From an uncultured Alphaproteobacteria bacterium (lineage in GTDB: Bacteria; Pseudomonadota; Alphaproteobacteria; HIMB59; GCA-002718135), in contig CACBLW010000004.1 of NCBI GenBank assembly GCA_902540265.1, positions 12,901 to 76,900 on the forward strand: 64,000 nucleotides of DNA, given 5' to 3'. The notes under the pieces were generated by a model, which worked only from the letters and a program-made list of their open reading frames with translations, had not been told where the DNA came from and did no database searches. The stretch's first letter is position 1. The number at the start of each line of letters is the position of its first letter. Below, in pieces: positions 20,822 to 30,110 of the stretch. The position numbers and the translations under genes are program-made.

Positions 20822-21561
20822 GTATTTGGGGAAGAGTTATAGGCGGAGCAGCGGGATTTGCATTAGGCGGACCTATAGGGGCTATATTAGGGGTAATGGC
20901 TGGTGGTGCTTTTGACAAAAGATCTAAATCAAAATCATCATTTAACTTTAATCGAATAAATAATAATCAAAAACAACAAATTTTTACATTAAGTTTTATT
21001 ATTTTAGCTGCAAAATTAGCTAAATCAGATGGAATTGTATCAGATGATGAAATCAGAGCATTTAAAGAAAAATTTAAAGTTCCAAAATCTGAAATTTCTA
21101 AAGTTGCAAAAATATTCAATGAGGCAAAAAAAGATACGTATGGCTACAAACAAATAGCAAATCAAGTAGGAGATTTATTTTCAGCAAATAAAATTTTATT
21201 GGAAGAATTATTAAATAATTTATTTTATATTGCTGCATCTGATGGAAAGGTATCTATTAGCGAAATAGATTTTTTAAGATCAATTTCTAAATCATTTAAA
21301 TTTGGTGAAAAAGATTTCCAAAGAATTTTCCAATCAAATTTAAAAAACAGTGAATCTGACCCTTACAAAATATTGGGTGTTAATAGATCTAGCACTGATA
21401 ATGAGATAAGAAAAAAATGGATAAAATTAAATAAAGAACATCATCCAGATAATTTAATAGCCAAAGGTATGCCGAAAGAATTTATTAAACAATCTAATAA
21501 AGAGTTAGCGGCTATTAATATTGCTTACGATAAAATTAAAGAAATTAGAGGAATTTCTTGA
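20818..21561 (+). CDS. djlA: DjlA-type membrane co-chaperone (TerB-like domain + J domain)
   Basis: 247 aa with a Gly-rich N-terminal TM helix, a central TerB-like region, and a C-terminal J domain (DPYKILGV ... EHHPDN). Confidence 0.8.
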   Translation: MSIWGRVIGGAAGFALGGPIGAILGVMAGGAFDKRSKSKSSFNFNRINNNQKQQIFTLSFIILAAKLAKSDGIVSDDEIRAFKEKFKVPKSEISKVAKIFNEAKKDTYGYKQIANQVGDLFSANKILLEELLNNLFYIAASDGKVSISEIDFLRSISKSFKFGEKDFQRIFQSNLKNSESDPYKILGVNRSSTDNEIRKKWIKLNKEHHPDNLIAKGMPKEFIKQSNKELAAINIAYDKIKEIRGIS

Positions 21562-22529
21562 TACCTAAAGATTTATCTATCGATAATATTAGTAAAATTT
21601 ATAAAAAAATTAGACCATTTATTAATCAAACTCCTTTTTTAAAGTGTTCTGATGATATTGATAATTATTTTTCTACTAATTTATTTTTTAAATGCGAATT
21701 TTTACAGAAATCTGGTTCTTTTAAGGCAAGAGGTGCTATTAATAATATAATTTCTCAAGATCAGAATAAATTTAACAAAGGAATTACAGCAGTTAGTGCT
21801 GGAAATCATGCAATCGCTGCTTCATTTGTGGCCAATCAATTTAAATTGAAAAATAAAATTTTCCTATACGAAAGTGCGAATGAATATAGAGTTCAAACTT
21901 GTAAAAATTATGGTGCTAACATTATCTTTACAAATCCAAAACAAGCTTTTCTTGATGCTGAAAATGCTAAAAATGAAGGTTACTACTTTATTCACCCTTT
22001 TGACGGGCCATTGACATTACAAGGTAGTGCTACCTTGGGATTAGAAATTGTTGAATATTTAAAATCAATTAATACTAAAATTGATAATTTATTAATTTCA
22101 GTTGGAGGAGGGGGATTGATAAGTGGTGTTTCATCGTATGTAAAACAATTTTATCCGAAGATTAAAATTATTGGTGTTGAACCTGAAAATGCTAATGGTT
22201 TAAATCAAAGTTTTAGAGCTAAAAAACCACTAAATAATATTAATGTAAATAGTATTGCTGATAGCCTTTCAGCACCTTTACATATGCAATATTCTTTTGA
22301 TGTAGCAAAAGAAGTAATTGATGAAATGGTAACCGTATCTGATGATCAAATGAAAAAATTTATGGTTTTTTGTTATAAAAAATTTAAGTTATTTCTTGAA
22401 CCCGCATGTGTTGCTGGACTTGCTGCTTTAAAATATAAAATCAATAATAAGCTTATTGGCAAAAATACAATGGTAATATTGTGTGGCTCAAATATTGATA
22501 AAAAAACTTGGTCAAATTTAACTAATTAA
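21558..22529 (+). CDS. PLP-dependent threonine/serine dehydratase (fold-type II)
   Basis: 323 aa with a TTG start, the SGSFKARGA lysine motif, and the VGGGGLISG glycine loop. There is no ACT regulatory domain. Confidence 0.75.
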   Translation: MIPKDLSIDNISKIYKKIRPFINQTPFLKCSDDIDNYFSTNLFFKCEFLQKSGSFKARGAINNIISQDQNKFNKGITAVSAGNHAIAASFVANQFKLKNKIFLYESANEYRVQTCKNYGANIIFTNPKQAFLDAENAKNEGYYFIHPFDGPLTLQGSATLGLEIVEYLKSINTKIDNLLISVGGGGLISGVSSYVKQFYPKIKIIGVEPENANGLNQSFRAKKPLNNINVNSIADSLSAPLHMQYSFDVAKEVIDEMVTVSDDQMKKFMVFCYKKFKLFLEPACVAGLAALKYKINNKLIGKNTMVILCGSNIDKKTWSNLTN

Positions 22530-23632
22530 TAAGGAAAATATAAAATACCACCACTTAAATTTTTTTTCACACCTGTAGTGTTTTTATTACTTATTTCTAA
22601 ATTTTTAAATGATCTCATGCCAATATACGCAAACATTTGAGCCTCTACTAAATCACCATTTATTTTATATTTATCAATAAGTTCAATTTTTTTATTCAGT
22701 TTATTCATTAATATTTCTTTGAGTAATTTATTTTTTCTTCCTCCTCCAGTAAGTAAAATTTTTTCAATCTTAAATTTTTTATTTTTTAATAATTCTTTAA
22801 ATCCAATATAAGTCATGTAGTTAGCTGTCATTAGTGCATCATATTTGTTCAATTGAATTAACTTATTAAAATAATTTCTAAAATAATTTCTATCTAATGA
22901 TTTTGGAAACTTTTTCTTAAAGAATTTATCTTTTTTGAATTTTTCAATTAATTTATTATCAATCTTACCTTTTCTTGCATATTTTCCATCATTATCAAAT
23001 TTTTTTTTAAAAAAATAATTGCAAAGATCATCACTTAAGCAATTTGCAGGCCCTATGTCTGATGATAATAATGTTCTTGAAATTACAGTTGAAAAATTTG
23101 CTATACCTCCAAGATTTACTATAATCACTTTTTCTTTAAATTTTTGTATTAAAAACTTATGATAATATGATCCTATAGGTGCTCCCTGTCCACCATTTTT
23201 AATATCATTATCTCTTAAATTACTTATAGTTTTAATTTTAAGATTTTTTGCAATTTTTTTTCCATTACCTAATTGTATAGAGATTTTATTTGATGGGTCG
23301 TGGTAAACAGTCTGTCCACTAATTGATATTAAATCGATATTTTTTTTATTAATTTTTTTTTGTTTCAAAAACAAAATTATTTTTTTTTCTAAAATATCTG
23401 TAACAAAATCATCTTCTTTTAAAAAATATTCTTTAATTTTATTATTAGTTTTTGGTTTATTTAATATTAGATTGTTTATTGTATTTTGATAATTTTTATC
23501 AAATTTATAAGATTTCTCACATTTAATTTTTACAAAATCAGTCCCATTTGTTTTAATCAAACTGATATCAACGCCATCCATTGATGTGCCTGTCATAACT
23601 CCTAAGACATTAAGTTTTGAATTTTTACTCAT
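22526..23632 (-). CDS. anmK: anhydro-N-acetylmuramic acid kinase
   Basis: 368 aa with the N-terminal GVMTGTSMDGVD signature of AnmK. Its 3' end overlaps the dehydratase 3' end by 4 nt. Confidence 0.82.
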   Translation of the reverse strand: MSKNSKLNVLGVMTGTSMDGVDISLIKTNGTDFVKIKCEKSYKFDKNYQNTINNLILNKPKTNNKIKEYFLKEDDFVTDILEKKIILFLKQKKINKKNIDLISISGQTVYHDPSNKISIQLGNGKKIAKNLKIKTISNLRDNDIKNGGQGAPIGSYYHKFLIQKFKEKVIIVNLGGIANFSTVISRTLLSSDIGPANCLSDDLCNYFFKKKFDNDGKYARKGKIDNKLIEKFKKDKFFKKKFPKSLDRNYFRNYFNKLIQLNKYDALMTANYMTYIGFKELLKNKKFKIEKILLTGGGRKNKLLKEILMNKLNKKIELIDKYKINGDLVEAQMFAYIGMRSFKNLEISNKNTTGVKKNLSGGILYFPY

Positions 23633-23753
23633 TTTTAATCAAATTTAATTTTGCACATTTTACTAACAAACATATCAACATAAAAAGATTAATTAGTTTT
23701 AAAAATACATTTTTTTATTGATTGATAAATAACAAACAGATAAATTAATTTTA

Positions 23754-23868
23754 ATTATTACACGCAAAGGTAATAATCAATTTAATAAAAGGAAACGATT
23801 ATTAAATTGTATCGGGAGGAAATGCACGATACACGAAAAGGACCTAGCTTGCTGGGTCCTTTTTTTTT
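23754..23868 (+). ncRNA. candidate structured leader / small RNA (alternative hairpins + hairpin + intrinsic terminator)
   Basis: ATTATTA (23754-23760), TAATAATC (23771-23778) and GATTATTA (23797-23804) can form mutually exclusive hairpins. A GTATCG/CGATAC hairpin (23809-23832) and a terminator (23840-23868) follow. No ORF ends here. Confidence 0.5.
23836..23868 (+). terminator. Rho-independent terminator
   Basis: AAAA, then GGACCTAG-cttg-CTGGGTCC (8-bp stem including one G-U, tetraloop), then nine consecutive T (23860-23868). Confidence 0.75.
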
Positions 23869-23912
23869 GTTTTATGGACAAATCTAATAAATAAAGTATC
23901 AGACATTTCATA

Positions 23913-24485
23913 ATGATAACAAATTATGAAAGAATTTTAGATGTTATTTTAGATGATCTTATACCATTAACAAAAATTTCAATAAACGAGGGAAATAAAA
24001 TATTTGGCGGATTTATTGTTAAAAAATCTGACCTAAGTCTTATTTGTCTAGGTATAAACCAGGAAATCAAAAATCCTTTATTTCATGGAGAAATATCAAC
24101 TCTTTTCAATTTATTTGAAAAAAAACTTTTTAATACAAAAGATTATTACTTCATAAGTACCCATCAGCCTTGTTCTATGTGTTTATCAGCCATAACTTGG
24201 GCTGGATTTGACAATTTTTACTATTTTTTTTCCTATACCGACACAAAAGATGGTTTTCATATTCCGCACGATCTTAAAATTTTGACGGAGGTTTTTAAGA
24301 TTAAAGATGGTAATTACAATATTAATAATGATTACTGGGAAAGTTACTCAATTTTATCGGAAATTAAAAGATTGGGCATAGAGGACTCATTATCAGATAA
24401 AATTTATCAGATTAAAGAAGAGTATCAAAAAATGTCAGAAATTTATCAAAAATCAAAAATTGATAATAAAATTCCTCTAAATTAA
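23913..24485 (+). CDS. CDA-fold zinc deaminase (guanine/nucleoside deaminase-like)
   Basis: 190 aa with the H-x-E motif (FHGEIS) and the PCxxC motif (HQPCSMCLSAITWAG) of cytidine/deoxycytidylate/guanine deaminase-fold enzymes. Confidence 0.7.
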   Translation: MITNYERILDVILDDLIPLTKISINEGNKIFGGFIVKKSDLSLICLGINQEIKNPLFHGEISTLFNLFEKKLFNTKDYYFISTHQPCSMCLSAITWAGFDNFYYFFSYTDTKDGFHIPHDLKILTEVFKIKDGNYNINNDYWESYSILSEIKRLGIEDSLSDKIYQIKEEYQKMSEIYQKSKIDNKIPLN

Positions 24486-24517
24486 TTGTTAAATAATAAA
24501 AATAAGTGTACAAATAA

Positions 24518-24662
24518 TTAACGGGAGATACTGAAATTTCAGAGCCGAAGGAGCAACGACCCGGAAACTCTCAGGCACAATGGACCGTTAAAAAAAAACT
24601 CTGGAAAAGAGCATTTAGCTCTACCGAAGGTGAAAAGCTCTCAGGTAAAAAGACAGAGGGGT
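24518..24662 (+). promoter_or_regulatory. tandem glycine riboswitch
   Basis: Aptamer 1 (24518-24591) reads ACGGGAGA ... GCCGAAGGAGCAA ... CUCUCAGGCA ... GGACCGU. Aptamer 2 (24599-24660) reads CUCUGGAAAAG ... ACCGAAGGUGAAA ... CUCAGGUAAAAAGACAGAGG. It lies directly upstream of gcvT. Confidence 0.9.
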
Positions 24663-24678
24663 AGCTTGGAGAATTTAT

Positions 24679-25803
24679 TTGAACCAGTTACCAATAGACA
24701 TTCCGCTGAAAAATTTTCATCAAAATAATGGTGCAAAGATATTGCCATTTGCAGGTTTTAATATGCCTATTAATTATAAAACTGGAATAATTAATGAACA
24801 CAAAAATGTTAGAAATCACTCCGGTATTTTTGATGTTAGCCATATGGGGCAAATTTTAATTGAAAATAATGAATCTTATTTACATAAATTAGAAAAATAT
24901 ATTCCATTACAATTAAAAAAATTAATTAAAAATAGATCGCATTATTCATTTTTACTCAATAAAGATGGCGGTGTTATCGATGATCTAATTATTTCAAATA
25001 TTGATATTAAAGATAAGTCATATTTATATATTGTTTATAATGCATCTCGAAAAAAAGAAGACGAAGAAATATTTATTTCTTGCGCTCCTAATGCAGAAAA
25101 AATTTATAAAAAAAATTGTTTATTCGCAATCCAAGGGCCTGATTCTATTAATGTTTTAAAAAATATTATTGATATTCCAAATAATATGAAATTTTTTGAT
25201 ATTTTAATAAGTAAATACGATAACAATGAAATAATAGTAAGTAGATCAGGTTATACTGGTGAAGATGGCTTTGAACTTTCTATTCCAAATGAAAGTGCAG
25301 AAAATTTAATTACTCATTTACTTAAAAATGAAAATACAATGCTTTGTGGGTTAGGTTCTAGGGATTCATTAAGACTCGAAGCTGGATTAAGTTTATATGG
25401 TCATGAATTAAATGAAAAAATTACACCAATTGAAGCTGGTTTATCATGGGCTTTAGACAAAGAAAGATTAGAAGATGAAAATTTAAATGGAAATGAAGTT
25501 TTATCCGATCAATTAAAAAATACACTATCTAATAAAAAAATAGGTTTAATTTCTACTAGTAAATCAATGCTAAGAGATGGAATGACATTATTCGATAATA
25601 ATAAAAATGAAATTGGCAAAATTACAAGTGGATGTTTTTCTCCCAATCTAAACAAATCTATTGCTATTGGTTATATAATATCTGAATTCAATACTGGTAA
25701 TCCAATTTTTTGTGAAATTAGAAAAAAATTAGAATTAGTAAAAATTAATAATCTACCTTTTGTAAAAAAAAATTATAAAAAAAATGGGAGCATATATGAG
25801 TGA
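24679..25803 (+). CDS. gcvT: glycine cleavage system aminomethyltransferase (T protein)
   Basis: 374 aa in the GcvT family (GIFDVSHMGQ, YTGEDGFELS). It has a TTG start preceded by a GGAG SD at 24668-24671. Confidence 0.9.
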   Translation: MNQLPIDIPLKNFHQNNGAKILPFAGFNMPINYKTGIINEHKNVRNHSGIFDVSHMGQILIENNESYLHKLEKYIPLQLKKLIKNRSHYSFLLNKDGGVIDDLIISNIDIKDKSYLYIVYNASRKKEDEEIFISCAPNAEKIYKKNCLFAIQGPDSINVLKNIIDIPNNMKFFDILISKYDNNEIIVSRSGYTGEDGFELSIPNESAENLITHLLKNENTMLCGLGSRDSLRLEAGLSLYGHELNEKITPIEAGLSWALDKERLEDENLNGNEVLSDQLKNTLSNKKIGLISTSKSMLRDGMTLFDNNKNEIGKITSGCFSPNLNKSIAIGYIISEFNTGNPIFCEIRKKLELVKINNLPFVKKNYKKNGSIYE

Positions 25804-26167
25804 AAAAAAATACACAAAAGATCATGAATGGGTTTCAATTGAAAATGAAATTGCTACAATTGGTATTAGCAATCATGCTCAAGAATCTCTTGGTGATATT
25901 GTATTTATTGAATTACCTTCAGTTGGAAATTCGGTAAAAGCAAAAGATGAAATATGCGTCATTGAATCTGTAAAAGCAGCTTCTGATATTTATGCTCCAA
26001 TAGATGGTGAAATAATTGAAGTTAATAATAATCTAGAAAATGATGCTGCTATTATTAATCAAGATGCAGAAAATGAGGGATGGATTTTTAAAATGAAAAT
26101 TTCTGATTCAAATCAATATTCTGAACTTATGTCAGAAGATGAATATAAACAATTTTTGGAACAATAG
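25796..26167 (+). CDS. gcvH: glycine cleavage system H protein
   Basis: It has the lipoyl-lysine motif ESVKAASD and the N-terminus MSEKKYTKDHEW. I prefer the ATG at 25796 (GGGAG SD 5 nt upstream) over the track start at 25784. Confidence 0.9.
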   Translation: MSEKKYTKDHEWVSIENEIATIGISNHAQESLGDIVFIELPSVGNSVKAKDEICVIESVKAASDIYAPIDGEIIEVNNNLENDAAIINQDAENEGWIFKMKISDSNQYSELMSEDEYKQFLEQ

Positions 26168-29020
26168 ATGATTGAAATAGATAAATTTATTAGCAGACAT
26201 ATAGGGCCTAGAAATGAAGATATTGGAGAAATGCTCAAATTAATAAAGTGCTCTTCACTAGATGAATTAATTGAAAAAACTGTACCTAATCATATCATTT
26301 TTAAAGATAAACTTAAATTTAGACCTGGTATGTCTGAGGAGTTTAATAAGATTAATACTCAACTTTTATCGTTAAAAAATAATTTCAAAAAAACTTATAT
26401 TGGAATGGGTTATTATAATACTATTACACCTAGCGTTATTTTAAGAAATATTCTTGAAAATCCGGGATGGTATACTGCTTACACACCTTATCAACCAGAA
26501 GTAAGTCAGGGCAGGTTGGAAATGTTAATGAATTTTCAACAAATGATAATTGATTTGACTGGAATGGATATTGCAAATGCATCTTTACTTGATGAAAGTA
26601 CTGCGGCAGCTGAGGCTATGATGATGGCTTTTAAAATTAAAAAAAGTGCAAAGTTTACTTTTTGTGTGCAAAATAAATGTCATCCACAAACACTATCTGT
26701 TTTAAAAACAAGAGCGAAGCCTCTAGGTATAAAAATTATATTCGATAATCCAGATAATGATACTTTTGGTTGTTTAATTCAAAATCCAGACACATACGGA
26801 GAAATTGCAAATCTCAATGATTTAATAAACATAAATAAATCTCACGATGCGTTATCAATCATAGCAGCTGATATAATGAGTTTGGTAGTTATGAAATCAC
26901 CAAAAGATTTTGGAGCTGATATGGCTGTTGGGAGTACACAAAGGTTTGGTGTTCCTATGGGCCTAGGAGGCCCTCACGCAGCATATTTTGCAACACTAGA
27001 TGAATACAAAAGAATGATGCCTGGAAGACTAATTGGCGTGTCAGTTGATCGTACTAATAAAAGATCTTACAGAATGGCTCTTCAAACACGCGAGCAACAT
27101 ATTAGAAGGGAAAAAGCTACAAGTAATATATGTACCGCACAGGCCTTATTAGCAATTATATCTGCTTCATATGCAATATATCATGGCCCAACTAGATTAA
27201 AAAATATTGCTAATGACATTCACTATAAGTCTAGATATCTAAAAAAATCATTAGAGATATTAAATTTTGAAGTAAAATCTAAAAATTATTTTGATACATT
27301 ATTAATAAAAAATTCAAAATCAAAATACTGGGTAAATAAATCTATAGACAATGGTATCAATTTTAGATTTGTAAATGACGATCACTTTTCAATTTCCTTA
27401 GATGAAACTACATCACTACAAGATGTAGATAATTTAATTAAATTTTTTAATGAAAATAATACTGAAATATATGCTGAAGAGATCGAAGGTAAAATTGAAA
27501 ATTCAATTTTTAAAAGTGATTTAGAAAGAAAAGACAATATTTTAACTCATCCGGTATTTAATATCTATCATTCTGAAACAGAAATGATGAGATATTTAAA
27601 AAAACTAGAAAACAAAGACGTTGCTTTAAATAGATCAATGATACCTCTTGGATCTTGTACTATGAAATTAAATGCTGCATCTGAAATGCTTCCAATTACT
27701 TTACCAGGTTTTTCAAATGCACATCCATTCTTAGAGTCCCATCAACGTGAGGGATATAATGAATTGATGAGTGAATTAATATCGATGTTAAAAGATATTA
27801 CTGGTTTTGATGCAGTTTCACTTCAACCTAATGCTGGAGCACAAGGTGAGTTTGCTGGTTTATTAGCTATACAAAAATATCATGAGAAAAACTCAGATAC
27901 TAAAAGAAATATTTGCATAATTCCTAAAAGTGCACATGGAACTAATCCAGCCAGTGCACAGATGTGCGGTATGGATATTTTAATTGTAAACTGTGATGAC
28001 AAAGGTAATGTAGATTTAACTCACTTAGATAAAAAAATAGAAGAGGCGGGTGACAGACTGTCTGCTTTAATGATTACATATCCATCAACACATGGTGTAT
28101 TTGAGGAAAGTATTGTTGAGATTTGTAAAAAAATTCATGATGTCGGAGGACAAGTGTATCTAGATGGCGCTAATTATAATGCAATGGTTGGTGTAGCTAA
28201 ACCAGGTAAATTTGGACCTGATGTATGCCATATGAATCTGCATAAGACATTTTGTATACCTCATGGAGGAGGTGGGCCTGGAGTTGGAGCTATAGGATTA
28301 AAAAAACATTTAGCAGATTTTGCTCCTGGACATCCCATGTTTAAAAATGAAATTGGTTTAACAACTCAAGAGGCAGTTTCTGCAGCTCCTTGGGGCAGCG
28401 CATCTATTTTACCTATTTCATATTCCTATATTTCTATGATGGGTGACGATGGTTTAAAATTAGCTACTCAAGTAGCAATTTTAAATGCTAATTATATTAA
28501 AGAAAGATTAAAAAATTATTACCCTATTTTATATACTGGTAAGAATAATATGGTAGCACACGAATTTATTATTGATATCAGGCCGTTTAAACAAGAATTA
28601 AATATTTCAGATGAAGATATTGCTAAAAGACTAATTGATTACGGATTTCACGCTCCTACAATGTCTTTTCCAGTTCCAGGAACTCTCATGATCGAACCTA
28701 CTGAAAGTGAATCTAAAGAGGAGCTAGATAGATTTTGTGAAGCAATGATTTCTATTCATAATGAAATTACTATGATTAGAGATGGTAAATTTGATAAAGT
28801 AGATAATCCTATTAAAAATGCCCCACATACGATAGAAGAAGTGTCTTCTGATAATTGGGATCATCAATATACCCGTAAAGAAGCTGCTTACCCTCATGCT
28901 TATTTAATAAATAATAAATACTGGAGTCCAGTTAGTAGAATTGATAATGTATACGGTGATAGAAATTTATTTTGTGTTTGTCCTCCAATTGATGAATATG
29001 AAAAGGCTAAAACAGGATAA
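26168..29020 (+). CDS. gcvP: glycine dehydrogenase (decarboxylating), single-chain P protein
   Basis: 950 aa with the PLP-lysine segment CHMNLHKTFCIPHGGGGPG. Confidence 0.95.
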   Translation: MIEIDKFISRHIGPRNEDIGEMLKLIKCSSLDELIEKTVPNHIIFKDKLKFRPGMSEEFNKINTQLLSLKNNFKKTYIGMGYYNTITPSVILRNILENPGWYTAYTPYQPEVSQGRLEMLMNFQQMIIDLTGMDIANASLLDESTAAAEAMMMAFKIKKSAKFTFCVQNKCHPQTLSVLKTRAKPLGIKIIFDNPDNDTFGCLIQNPDTYGEIANLNDLININKSHDALSIIAADIMSLVVMKSPKDFGADMAVGSTQRFGVPMGLGGPHAAYFATLDEYKRMMPGRLIGVSVDRTNKRSYRMALQTREQHIRREKATSNICTAQALLAIISASYAIYHGPTRLKNIANDIHYKSRYLKKSLEILNFEVKSKNYFDTLLIKNSKSKYWVNKSIDNGINFRFVNDDHFSISLDETTSLQDVDNLIKFFNENNTEIYAEEIEGKIENSIFKSDLERKDNILTHPVFNIYHSETEMMRYLKKLENKDVALNRSMIPLGSCTMKLNAASEMLPITLPGFSNAHPFLESHQREGYNELMSELISMLKDITGFDAVSLQPNAGAQGEFAGLLAIQKYHEKNSDTKRNICIIPKSAHGTNPASAQMCGMDILIVNCDDKGNVDLTHLDKKIEEAGDRLSALMITYPSTHGVFEESIVEICKKIHDVGGQVYLDGANYNAMVGVAKPGKFGPDVCHMNLHKTFCIPHGGGGPGVGAIGLKKHLADFAPGHPMFKNEIGLTTQEAVSAAPWGSASILPISYSYISMMGDDGLKLATQVAILNANYIKERLKNYYPILYTGKNNMVAHEFIIDIRPFKQELNISDEDIAKRLIDYGFHAPTMSFPVPGTLMIEPTESESKEELDRFCEAMISIHNEITMIRDGKFDKVDNPIKNAPHTIEEVSSDNWDHQYTRKEAAYPHAYLINNKYWSPVSRIDNVYGDRNLFCVCPPIDEYEKAKTG

Positions 29021-29063
29021 TTACTATTTATCAATTATTTAAAATATTAATTTAATAATAAGT

Positions 29064-30092
29064 ATGATTTATATTAATCTTATTTTAGTTTTTTTAGTGT
29101 TGGTCGCAATACATGAGTATGGTCATTATATTGTTGCGAGATTGTTTAAGGCTGAAGTTACAGATTTCTCAATTGGATTTGGTAAACCGCTTTTAAAATA
29201 TACAGATAGAAATGGGACTACATGGAAATTATCTCCAATTCCATTGGGTGGATATGTAAAAATCAAAGGTCTTGATAACATTTTTTCTCCAAACCCTAAT
29301 GATGAACAAGGATCGTTTCAATCTCTTACACTTTTTCAAAAAATATTAGTACTTTTAGCAGGAAGTATTTTTAATATTTTTAGTGCATGGTTTGCTTTAT
29401 TCTGCATATTTTTCTTTTTTGGTATTGTTACTTTAATGCCAATTATTGGATCAATTAGTGAAAAATCGTCAGCTTTTGAAAATGATCTTAGAGAAGGAGA
29501 TAGAATACTTGAAATAAATAATATTAGTATTGAAGAGTTTTCTGATATTCCAAAAGCAATTGGAAATAACCCAAGTATTAATATTTTAATAGAAAGAAAT
29601 AATCAGATAATTGAAAAAAATTTTGATCTAAAATTTAATGAAGAATTAAATAGGTATATTATCGGAATATCTTCACCTCAAAATCCTATTATTGATAAAT
29701 ATAATTTAATTGATTCAATTAAAAATTCTTCTTTATTCATTCCAACATACTATGCAGCTTCTTTTTCATTCCTTCAACAATCATATAAAGAAAATACATT
29801 AGGAGATCAGTTAGCTGGACCTATAGGAATTGTAAAAAATGCTGATCAAATGATGCTTGATCAAGTAAGGGGAGTACTTTTTTTATTTATAATAATTTCG
29901 TTATTTGTAGGGTTATTTAATTTGCTACCTATTCCTCTTTTAGATGGTGGTCATATAATGTATTTTATTATTAGAAGAATTTTTTCAAACTATCTTCCTG
30001 AATTTATTACAAGAGTTTATTTGGCTGTGGGGATAACAATAATATCTTTTCTCTTTATAGTTGTGACATACAACGATATTTTTTATAAATAA
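29064..30092 (+). CDS. rseP: RseP-type site-2 (RIP) zinc metalloprotease
   Basis: 342 aa with the HEYGHY zinc motif, a central PDZ-like segment, and the NLLPIPLLDGGH motif. Confidence 0.85.
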   Translation: MIYINLILVFLVLVAIHEYGHYIVARLFKAEVTDFSIGFGKPLLKYTDRNGTTWKLSPIPLGGYVKIKGLDNIFSPNPNDEQGSFQSLTLFQKILVLLAGSIFNIFSAWFALFCIFFFFGIVTLMPIIGSISEKSSAFENDLREGDRILEINNISIEEFSDIPKAIGNNPSINILIERNNQIIEKNFDLKFNEELNRYIIGISSPQNPIIDKYNLIDSIKNSSLFIPTYYAASFSFLQQSYKENTLGDQLAGPIGIVKNADQMMLDQVRGVLFLFIIISLFVGLFNLLPIPLLDGGHIMYFIIRRIFSNYLPEFITRVYLAVGITIISFLFIVVTYNDIFYK

Positions 30093-30110
30093 ATATTATT
30101 GGGAGATAAA

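Noticed and set aside
23754-23868. Identity of the structured RNA as SRP (4.5S) RNA, RNase P RNA fragment, or purine riboswitch
   Set aside because: The loop GGAGGAAAUGCA only superficially resembles SRP domain IV (GGAAGGAAGCAGC) or RNase P CR-I (GAGGAAAGUCC). The flanking helices and length do not fit either. CACGCAA resembles part of the purine-riboswitch P2, but the complementary strand and the three-way junction are missing.
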